NCBI GenBank assembly: GCA_963770835.1
Contig: CAVYRH010000020.1
Coordinates: forward strand, 1 to 64,000
Length of the DNA: 64,000 nucleotides
Origin: an uncultured Pseudomonadota bacterium
GTDB taxonomy: Bacteria > Oederibacteriota > Muellerivitia > Muellerivitales > Muellerivitaceae
Direction of reading: 5' to 3'
Positions within the stretch are counted from its first letter, which is position 1; every line of letters begins with the position of its first letter. Positions 56,718-64,000 of this stretch are shown here, piece after piece. A program made the position numbers and the translations under genes. The notes below the pieces were generated by a model. That model saw nothing but the letters and a program-made list of their open reading frames with translations, was not told where the DNA came from and made no database searches.

Positions 56718-57034
56718 TACGCTTCTCCTCCCCCGAATTTTCTGAGAAACAGCTCCCCTAAAAGCAAGACCGTAATACTCTTCGGCACCCTTCTCGTACA
56801 TCGTCCGGATCATAAAACACGGGAAAAACCCTCTCTCGAAACGGGAGGTATTGTCGGCCATTCTTTTTTGTTTTCAAATTAAAAAAACGTAGATTCGGCA
56901 TAAAATGTTAGGACGGCGTTAGGGTCGGTTTGGCATTTTCGTGAATTTTTGGGAATCGTTCGTCTTTTCATGGTTCCTTTTCTTAGAATCGCTCATCATT
57001 TCTTCGTTAAAACCTAAAATTGGATTTCAATGAC

Positions 57035-58189
57035 ATGAACACTTTCTTGGAAGAAGCCGAAAAAGCCCGGACCCAATCCCAATTTAAAAGGGCCCAAGAA
57101 ATTTATTCACGCCTTTTGTGGAAAAAGGGTTTAGATACCGAAGAAAAAATCGAAGCTTATTTGAGCCTCGCGGACGTGGAACGCATCCAAGGCCTCTTCC
57201 CACAGGCTCTGACGCATTACCAACAGGCCGCCCGGTTGTTCAAGGGCCGCCACGGGAAGTCTTGTTGGGATGCCCAGGTGGGATGGGCTTTAGCGGCGAG
57301 GGCTTGTGGACGCCCCAAGGAAGCCCTCGTCATTCTTCATAAAGCCTTGGCCGTCTATCAAAAGGAAAAAGATTTAGAAGGCCAGGCGTTCGCCCATTGG
57401 GCGCTCGGTGGAACCTTGCGGATTTCCGGTAACATGAAGGGCGGGCTGAAGGAACTTCTCACGGCCCTTGAAATGTTCAAGTCTTTAAAGAATTCGGAAG
57501 GAGTTGCCTACACCTGTTGCGCCTTGGGTGGAATCTACCGCATGTTGGGCCGCTACTCCGATTCGGGAAAATACTACCGGGAAGCGAACCGCCGCATGCG
57601 CCAACGAAAGGATACCTTCGGCATCGCCTATTCCTATTGCGGCCTGGGGAACGTGGAGCGCATGGGCCACCGTTTCCAACAGGCCCTTCCCTTTTACCGG
57701 AAAGCCGAAAAACTTTACGGTGCCATCGGTGACCGTGTCAGTTACGCCTATACCCTCTGGTCCCTTGGGACGACTCATAAGATGATGCAGCTTTCTTCCA
57801 AGGCGACTACTTACTTTTTAAAGGCGGACAAATTATTCGAACAAACAGGTGATACCCGCGGAAGGATTTATGTCTCCATAGGCTTAAGTGAACTGACTGC
57901 AATGTTTTCGGTAAAATCAAAACTCAGAAAAACAATTGAGACTTATATTCGAAAAAAAAAGCTGAACAAAATCCCAATCACTGAATTTCCGTGGGAAGGA
58001 CTTCACGAATTCTCCATGCTTTATTTACTTCTCATCCAAGCAGGAGAAACGTTGGCCAAGATGTCCAAAACGCCGAAATCAAGGGCGTTAGAAAAAGCAT
58101 CCTTGGAAGCAATTGGGGATTTGAGAAATAAATATCGAAAGAAGGGCTCTCGTTTTTACCCAAAATCCATACCTGTAAACTGGCCTTAA
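57035..58189 (+). CDS. Tetratricopeptide repeat protein
   Basis: Repeated AYT..ALGGIYRMLG, AYSYCGLGNVE and AYTLWSLG units. Confidence 0.88.
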   Translation: MNTFLEEAEKARTQSQFKRAQEIYSRLLWKKGLDTEEKIEAYLSLADVERIQGLFPQALTHYQQAARLFKGRHGKSCWDAQVGWALAARACGRPKEALVILHKALAVYQKEKDLEGQAFAHWALGGTLRISGNMKGGLKELLTALEMFKSLKNSEGVAYTCCALGGIYRMLGRYSDSGKYYREANRRMRQRKDTFGIAYSYCGLGNVERMGHRFQQALPFYRKAEKLYGAIGDRVSYAYTLWSLGTTHKMMQLSSKATTYFLKADKLFEQTGDTRGRIYVSIGLSELTAMFSVKSKLRKTIETYIRKKKLNKIPITEFPWEGLHEFSMLYLLLIQAGETLAKMSKTPKSRALEKASLEAIGDLRNKYRKKGSRFYPKSIPVNWP

Positions 58190-58192
58190 AAC

Positions 58193-58223
58193 AAAAAAGG
58201 CGGCTCCAAAGGAGCCGCCTTTT
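58193..58223. terminator. Bidirectional rho-independent terminator
   Basis: AAAAAAGGCGGCTCC-AAA-GGAGCCGCCTTTT between convergent genes. Confidence 0.88.
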
Positions 58224-58236
58224 GAAATATACCGGG

Positions 58237-59142
58237 TTAATCTCCCGAAATAATCACAGAACCCGATTCCAACCTTGCGATGCGCTGTTCCAGGGGCGGA
58301 TGACTGGCGAAAATGGAACCTCCGGGGGCTGAAATTTTAAAGGCCGCCAGGGAAGCCGGCTCCGCGGGCTTAGGGCGGTCGATGTATTTCTGCAAGGCCC
58401 TTAGGGCGTCCGCCATCCGGTGCCGGCTCGTCAACTTGGCTCCACCGGCATCCGCGCGATATTCACGCCACCTTGAAAACCACATGATGACCATCATTCC
58501 CAACAGACCCAGGACCATTTGCAACGCCTGCCGGATGAAGAATTGGGCCATAAAGTTGCTTTCCCGGCGGTCGCTACCCCTCGTCAAGGCGATGGAAATA
58601 ACCCAGGCCAGGAAAAACACGAAGGAATTGATGACGCCTTGGAGCAGGGTCATAGTCACCATGTCCCCGTTGGTGATGTGGGTCATTTCATGGCCGAGGA
58701 CGGACTCGATTTGGTCCCGGTCCATGGCGGTAAAAAGACCCGTGGAAACGGCTACAAGGGCACTGTCCTTGCCCGGGCCGGTGGCAAAGGCATTGGGATC
58801 GGGGCTCTGGTAAATCCCGACTTCCGGCATGGTGGTAAGGCCCGCCTTCTGGGCGAGGCCATAAACGGTCTGAACCAGCCATCTTTCATCGGCTCCGCCG
58901 GGGTTCTCCGGATCCAAAACCTGGACCCTCATGGCCATCTTGGCCATCCAACGCGATATCAGGAGGGAGATAAAGGCTCCCCCAAAACCCCAAAAAAGAC
59001 AGAAGATCATCAGTGAGACGTAATCGATTCCGTTCCGGTTGAGATAAGGTTGAAGCCCGAAAAGATTGACCAGGAGCATGAGAGTGGCCATCACAAGAAT
59101 ATTGGTGGCCACGAACAGGAAGGTACGGCGTAACCACATCAT
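58237..59142 (-). CDS. htpX: Zinc metalloprotease HtpX
   Basis: PNAFATG, VLGHEMTHITNGDMVTMTL, FSRWREYRAD, ASHPPLEQRI. Confidence 0.96.
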   Translation of the reverse strand: MMWLRRTFLFVATNILVMATLMLLVNLFGLQPYLNRNGIDYVSLMIFCLFWGFGGAFISLLISRWMAKMAMRVQVLDPENPGGADERWLVQTVYGLAQKAGLTTMPEVGIYQSPDPNAFATGPGKDSALVAVSTGLFTAMDRDQIESVLGHEMTHITNGDMVTMTLLQGVINSFVFFLAWVISIALTRGSDRRESNFMAQFFIRQALQMVLGLLGMMVIMWFSRWREYRADAGGAKLTSRHRMADALRALQKYIDRPKPAEPASLAAFKISAPGGSIFASHPPLEQRIARLESGSVIISGD

Positions 59143-59259
59143 GTATTTCCTCCAAAAGTGAATTGAAAAGGGCAAAAAACCAACGCGGTTAAGTTACTCA
59201 CCAGGGCAATAGTTTTCAAGGTATAAACCGGCGCCTTGAATTTATCCGTTAATGGTTTG

Positions 59260-60000
59260 TTAACGATCTTGGGAAATTGTTTGTCGAAGGAATTTAGAAA
59301 CTTCCGACATGGATTCCATCGTAATTGTGTGGCCCATGAGAAATTCCTTTACCGACACCGAGTGATAACCCGTTTGCCGAAGGGACTCGGCCGCGCGGCG
59401 CGACCCCTCGATCGGAACCACCTCATCCTCGGTCCCGTGGATTAAAAGAATGGGCGTCTCAAACGGAGCTTCGGCTTTAGTGAGAGTGGCCCAGGGATCG
59501 GGCATGTAACCGCTCATAGAAACAATCGCCGCGACTTTTCCTTTGTAGTTCAACCCCGCTTCCAAGGACATCACCCCGCCTTGGGAAAAACCCATGAGAA
59601 CAACGGGCCGCGAACTCTTTTCGCTTCCAGGGGAAGGACGTAGGTTGGGGTCATCAGAGAAGCGATCCAGCACCTTGAAGAGATAGTCCCGGCTTTGTTC
59701 AATTTCTTTCCGGTTTTGGGCCTGGAAGTCGTACCAGGCATAGGCTCCTTCAGGATGGCCGGGCAAATGGAGCGGCGCGTCAGGCAGTACGAACCGGCAA
59801 TGGGGCAGTTTCAATTGTTCGCAAAAGGGCACGAGGTCGTCCGCGTTGGCGCCCAACCCGTGCAGGGTGATAATCACAGGCGCCCCCGGCGGAATGACGG
59901 GCGGGTCCAGCACGAGGCAACTGTGTTTATCGACTTGGGTTTCGGAAAGAATCAAAGGCTTGCTCCCCCGGGAAAGTTTCAACCGTCCGCGCTTCAACAC
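59260..60000 (-). CDS. Phospholipase/carboxylesterase (alpha/beta hydrolase)
   Basis: LHGLGA, AWYD, GFSQGG, HGTEDEVVP, MGH. Confidence 0.9.
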   Translation of the reverse strand: MLKRGRLKLSRGSKPLILSETQVDKHSCLVLDPPVIPPGAPVIITLHGLGANADDLVPFCEQLKLPHCRFVLPDAPLHLPGHPEGAYAWYDFQAQNRKEIEQSRDYLFKVLDRFSDDPNLRPSPGSEKSSRPVVLMGFSQGGVMSLEAGLNYKGKVAAIVSMSGYMPDPWATLTKAEAPFETPILLIHGTEDEVVPIEGSRRAAESLRQTGYHSVSVKEFLMGHTITMESMSEVSKFLRQTISQDR

Positions 60001-60001
60001 C

Positions 60002-60880
60002 TCATTTTGCCTTCAGGGCTTGGAGGGCCGCGTCCCGCACCTTCAAATCCGGGTCGTTTTTGCTCAAGGCCACCAACTGGTCATGCAGGTTGGCATTGTT
60101 TAATTCCCGGACTCCTTCGACAGCTGCCAGCTTGGAGGATTGGATTATTTCATCCGAAGGCTGCCCCGTGGTTTTCAAGGCCATCATTTCCAGCAAGGTG
60201 GGAACGGCCTTTTCGTCCTTCAAACGCGCCAGGGCCACGGCTGAATCATAGCGAAGGGCTGGGTTTGAATCCCCCAGGTTGTTTTCCAAGGCGTTCTTGG
60301 CCGGGGCATATCGCAGGGCACTCAAGGCCCCCACGGCCATGCGTTTCACCGCAGGGTCGGAATCGCCAAGGGCCAAAAGCGCGGCGGGCCCTCCCGCCGG
60401 GTCTTCGATATTGCCCAAGGCCCAGAGGCTGTAGATTTTTACGTCGTTGGATTCGTCGGTGACCGCCTCCGAAAGGGCCGGAACGGCGGTTTTTTCTTTA
60501 AGGCGCCCCAATACCAACGCCAGGTATTCCCGCACCCGGGGGTCGTCGGTTTTAGCCTCGGAGAAAGTTTTCACCAGTTCCGCCCTCAAGGATTCGTCGA
60601 ACTGGATTTTCTCGCCCTGGTTCAACATGCGGGAAAGCTCGTAGGCCGCCTGCCAGCGGCGGCTGGTGCTGTCGCTTTTGAGTTCCTCCAAGTATTGCTG
60701 CGCGCTTTTAGGATGCTGGAGGGCGATAGTACCCAGTAGGAAAATGCCCAGGGCCATGGCCACGATCAAAGCGGGGACAATGAAGAGTTTTACAAAGAGG
60801 GAAAAGCCTGATTCCGGGGCGTAAAGCGGGCCCTCGGGGGGTGTCTCAGGCCCGGTTGGATTGGTTGGGTTCTCGGCCAT
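60002..60880 (-). CDS. Membrane-anchored HEAT-repeat protein
   Basis: One TM, RRWQAAYELS, DPRVREYLALVLG, DPAVKRMAVGAL, DLKVRDAALQAL. Confidence 0.85.
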   Translation of the reverse strand: MAENPTNPTGPETPPEGPLYAPESGFSLFVKLFIVPALIVAMALGIFLLGTIALQHPKSAQQYLEELKSDSTSRRWQAAYELSRMLNQGEKIQFDESLRAELVKTFSEAKTDDPRVREYLALVLGRLKEKTAVPALSEAVTDESNDVKIYSLWALGNIEDPAGGPAALLALGDSDPAVKRMAVGALSALRYAPAKNALENNLGDSNPALRYDSAVALARLKDEKAVPTLLEMMALKTTGQPSDEIIQSSKLAAVEGVRELNNANLHDQLVALSKNDPDLKVRDAALQALKAK

Positions 60881-60889
60881 GGAATCTCC

Positions 60890-61333
60890 TTACTCCGGCT
60901 TTTTCTTTTTAAATTCGTATTGGTCGTGGATCTTCAAGTCGAATCCCTCGATTTTGGGGGAAATCGGCAGTCCCCGGTAAATGGCCCGGCAGTTATAGCA
61001 AAGGACGATATCCCCGAGGCCGAAATAAAGGGCCGTGTCCAAAACCGCGAAAGCGACAAGAATTTCGATGAACCATTTGTTGAGAACCAGGGCCAGGACC
61101 ACCATCAAAACGATCAGCCAAAGCCCCAGTTTGGTGTTGAAGTCCTTCTGGCGATAAAACTCGGTGCAGCCGCAAATGCCACACTTTTGGAGGGCGCCTT
61201 GGGCGTCCAGTTCCCCGTTGCCGGTGGCTTCCCTTCCCTTGCCACAGCGCTTGCAGGGAATGGCTCCCGGCTTGGGCATCTCATAAAGGAAGATCCCGTT
61301 TTCGCACTCGGGGCAGAAAGTGTTGATCTCCAT
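60890..61333 (-). CDS. Hypothetical Cys-rich membrane protein
   Basis: CPEC, CKRC, CGICGC-FYRQKDFN, 2 TM, CYNC; ATG overlaps the upstream stop. Confidence 0.8.
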   Translation of the reverse strand: MEINTFCPECENGIFLYEMPKPGAIPCKRCGKGREATGNGELDAQGALQKCGICGCTEFYRQKDFNTKLGLWLIVLMVVLALVLNKWFIEILVAFAVLDTALYFGLGDIVLCYNCRAIYRGLPISPKIEGFDLKIHDQYEFKKKKPE

Positions 61334-62154
61334 TAAAAAGGAACTCCTGTCTGTAGAGTCAGGTAAAGGCCGGTGCCTTCTCCGATGATCGTGCAAACCA
61401 TGGCGGCGTAAAGGATGCCCGTCGCGGACTGGGTGGACCGCATTTTCACCGTCACCCATATCCAATAGGCCATCCCTAGTGGCGCAACCAAACCCCAAAC
61501 AACCCGGAAAAGCACAAAGATGATTTCTTGATTGATCAGGTAAAGATAGGAATTGGAGCGGCCGTCAAAAACATGCGCGAAAAACAAAACGCTAAAGGCA
61601 ACCTTCACGGAAATCCAGGCCGTGAGAAGGATATAAGCTCCCGCGTAACGCTTCAAGGGCGTTATGGAAAGTTTGGGTGTCACCAGGTACCAATGTCCCA
61701 GCATCATGGCCAGGATGCCCGCCCCCAATACCAGCGCGGAAGAAACGGCATAGAGGGAAAAGAACCAAAGAGGGTGGTATTCGCGGTTCACCCAGGGAAA
61801 ATAAGCGAAAGCCTCCAGGCCGCTCAAGAATGCTAACGCGAAGCAAACCCATAAAAACCAACGAACCCGGACCTTTAAGGCGATGGTGAAACAAAGGGTG
61901 AAAAAGAGGGACAAACCAAGGGCCCAGGAGGACTGCCGGAAGTTGCCTTCGAAATCCGGCCCGCTAAAGAGAGCCAATCCCAAGGCAAGGGTATCCAAGG
62001 TTACGCATAAAAAGCCGAAAAAGCGGTAAAAACCCTGCCCCACTTCCTGGAGTTTGACCAAGGGCAAAAGCGCGAGGCATCCCCAGGCCATGAATCCTAA
62101 ATAAAGGAAGGCGATTTTGGAAACCACAGAACCCCCGGAATAAAAGAGGGCCAT
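61333..62154 (-). CDS. Hypothetical ~8-TM membrane protein
   Basis: MMLGHWYLVTPKL and STQSATGILY motifs; hydrophobic throughout; start uncertain. Confidence 0.8.
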   Translation of the reverse strand: MALFYSGGSVVSKIAFLYLGFMAWGCLALLPLVKLQEVGQGFYRFFGFLCVTLDTLALGLALFSGPDFEGNFRQSSWALGLSLFFTLCFTIALKVRVRWFLWVCFALAFLSGLEAFAYFPWVNREYHPLWFFSLYAVSSALVLGAGILAMMLGHWYLVTPKLSITPLKRYAGAYILLTAWISVKVAFSVLFFAHVFDGRSNSYLYLINQEIIFVLFRVVWGLVAPLGMAYWIWVTVKMRSTQSATGILYAAMVCTIIGEGTGLYLTLQTGVPF

Positions 62155-62210
62155 TGTAGCAGGAGGCTGTCGGTTGTCAGCCCTTCAAAAGGCTTACTAT
62201 TTAAAATGGA

Positions 62211-62645
62211 TTATTTATTTTTTTGTTTTCTTTCGTGAAAGGCTTTCTGGAGTTCTTGGGCGACGGCAGGATTTTTCATCAGTATCTTCTCAAAATCCAT
62301 CCGGTTGAGGACAAACAAAATCGTGTCTTCTTCCGCTATCACCGTGGCGTTGCGCGGTTCATGGGAAATAAGGGCCATCTCGCCGAAAAACTGGTCGGGA
62401 AACAGTTCGGCCACCTTGGTTTTGGAAAAGGCCTTTTTCACCCAAACGGATACCCGCCCCGTGGCAATAAGATAGAAAGAAAGTCCCGGGTCCCCTTGCC
62501 GGATGATGACTGCCCCCTTGGCCGCCTTTTGGGCCCGCATATGCCCGACCAAATCGTCCAACTCATGCATCTTCAGTGATTGAAAAAAATAAGTCTTATG
62601 CAGGATCTGGCTCAAGCGGGTGAAGCTGAAAGAATCGTCGGCCAC
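62211..62645 (-). CDS. Stand-alone cyclic nucleotide-binding domain protein
   Basis: IIRQGD, FYLIATGRV, FFGEMALI..PRNATV. Confidence 0.9.
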   Translation of the reverse strand: MADDSFSFTRLSQILHKTYFFQSLKMHELDDLVGHMRAQKAAKGAVIIRQGDPGLSFYLIATGRVSVWVKKAFSKTKVAELFPDQFFGEMALISHEPRNATVIAEEDTILFVLNRMDFEKILMKNPAVAQELQKAFHERKQKNK

Positions 62646-62711
62646 GTTTTCCTCCGAAAATTGGAATCTTGGGACTCACCGGTTAGGGGCGGATACGACT
62701 GACCGGCCCTA

Positions 62712-64000
62712 TCACTTCAAGACAATGACTTTACGGATGAGGTTTCCAGAAGGCTGTTCGCTAACGATGAAATAAACGGCGTTCCCTACGATGGCCCCAG
62801 AGCTGTTGCGCCCGTCCCAGCTAAAGCGGTAGTTCCCCGGGCTCATCTGTTGGTCCACCAGCTTCTCCACTTCCTCCCCGACGATGTTAAACACCACGAT
62901 CTTCACCTCTCCTGCCTGGTCCACCCTCACATCCATCCCCAGTGGCCCGTTGTTGGGATTAAAGAAGTTCTGATCCAGGTAAAGGGCCGCGTTGGGCGTC
63001 GGCGTAGAGGTCACCGAGCCCGTGGGGGTGTAAGTGTTGGTGATGGTGGGGGTGTTCGTAATGGTCGGCGTATAGGTAGTTGTGGGACTTAGGGTTGGCG
63101 TAAACGTGTAGGTCGGGGTGGAACTGTTGGTGGGCGTGGTGGTCGGTGTTGAAGTCGCGGTGGTGGTGGGCGTGTTGGTGGGAACCGGGGTGTTGGTGGA
63201 AGTGAAGGTAGACGTGGCGGTGGCGGTATTCGTGGCGGTATACGTCGGAGTGCTGGAAGGTGTGGCCGTCAGGGTATTGGTGACCGTGGCCGTGGGAGTG
63301 TTCGTCTGGGTCGCAGTTGGAGTGGAAGTGAGCGTTTGAGTAGCGGTATTTGTCACCGTTGGCGAAGGTGTAGCCGAAGCGGTGGGCGTAGGCGACGACG
63401 TAGGGGTTGCCGTAGTCGAAGCCGTGGCCGTGTTGGTGGGAGTGCTCGATGGCGTAGCCGTCGGTGTATTGGTAGCCGTCAGGGTAGCGGTTTTGGTGGG
63501 CGTTTGGGTGGGTGTGCTCGTGCTGGTATTGGTGGCAGTGCTCGTAGCCGTGTTGGTCAATGTATTCGTGGTGGTAAAGGTTGCCGTATTTATCGGCGTA
63601 TTGGTGGGGGTATTGGTAGCTGTGTTGGTGAAAGTATTGACAGGCGTGGCGGTTGAAGTGCCCGTGGCTGTATTGGTTGCAGTATAAGTCGCAGTGCTCG
63701 TGGCAGTATTCGTGGCTGTGTTGGTAACCGTATTGGTAGGCGTATTCGTCGTTGTATTGGTGGCAGTGTTAGTGGCCGTGTTCGTCGGGGTATTGGTTGG
63801 CGTATTGGCGAAGGTGCTGGTGGGGGTAAAGGTAGCCGTGCTTGTGGGCGTGTTGGTGGGCGTAGAGGTAGTGGTACTCGTCGGAGTCTTTGTCGGAGTA
63901 CTAATGGGTGTATTGGTGAAGATCGGGGTATTGGTCGGAGTGCTCGTCGGAGTGCCAGTGGGTGTTAAAGTCGGTGTATTGGTGGACGTGTTCGTTGTTG
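62712..64000 (-). CDS. 3' part of a large secreted protein: long Thr-X repeat region plus C-terminal FlgD-Ig/T9SS-CTD-like domain (5' end outside the window)
   Basis: Frame open from the window edge ([13 protein letters not shown]..); C-terminal [32 protein letters not shown]. Confidence 0.88.
   Translation of the reverse strand, partial: TTNTSTNTPTLTPTGTPTSTPTNTPIFTNTPISTPTKTPTSTTTSTPTNTPTSTATFTPTSTFANTPTNTPTNTATNTATNTTTNTPTNTVTNTATNTATSTATYTATNTATGTSTATPVNTFTNTATNTPTNTPINTATFTTTNTLTNTATSTATNTSTSTPTQTPTKTATLTATNTPTATPSSTPTNTATASTTATPTSSPTPTASATPSPTVTNTATQTLTSTPTATQTNTPTATVTNTLTATPSSTPTYTATNTATATSTFTSTNTPVPTNTPTTTATSTPTTTPTNSSTPTYTFTPTLSPTTTYTPTITNTPTITNTYTPTGSVTSTPTPNAALYLDQNFFNPNNGPLGMDVRVDQAGEVKIVVFNIVGEEVEKLVDQQMSPGNYRFSWDGRNSSGAIVGNAVYFIVSEQPSGNLIRKVIVLK

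Noticed and set aside
62990..64000. Repetitive GT-rich tract as CRISPR array or Val-rich plus-strand ORFs
   Set aside because: No constant repeat with unique spacers; fully explained by Thr-X codons on the minus strand

Overview
Bacterial chromosomal window, moderately GC-rich, from a diderm organism. Thr/Pro-rich secreted proteins with a FlgD/T9SS-CTD-like end resemble those of FCPU426/Goldbacteria-like candidate phyla, but that placement is inference only. The first 4 kb is a nested stack of mobile elements. Two different group II introns sit in one 28-nt palindrome just downstream of rimI, and each intron's EBS1 matches its own arm of the palindrome. An IS1111-type IS110 bridge recombinase has inserted into the second intron, and its 3' non-coding region contains guide-like segments matching both the intron target and its own end. 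The rest is mostly housekeeping: argJ-thiL-tsaE-tsaB-rimI, mfd with three SurA/PPIase genes, rex, PGM/GMP-PMM, Mrp, hppA, dsbD, amtB-glnK and htpX. Oddities include a SurA-outer-membrane barrel fusion, an adenylate cyclase-AAA/wHTH-CutA-HK-RR cluster, two regulators that lack DNA-binding domains but share a basic N-terminal peptide, a sigma54-driven solo zinc anti-sigma miniprotein, an IS5 splitting a low-GC gene, and a doubly frameshifted amtB. No rRNA, tRNA or CRISPR array was seen.
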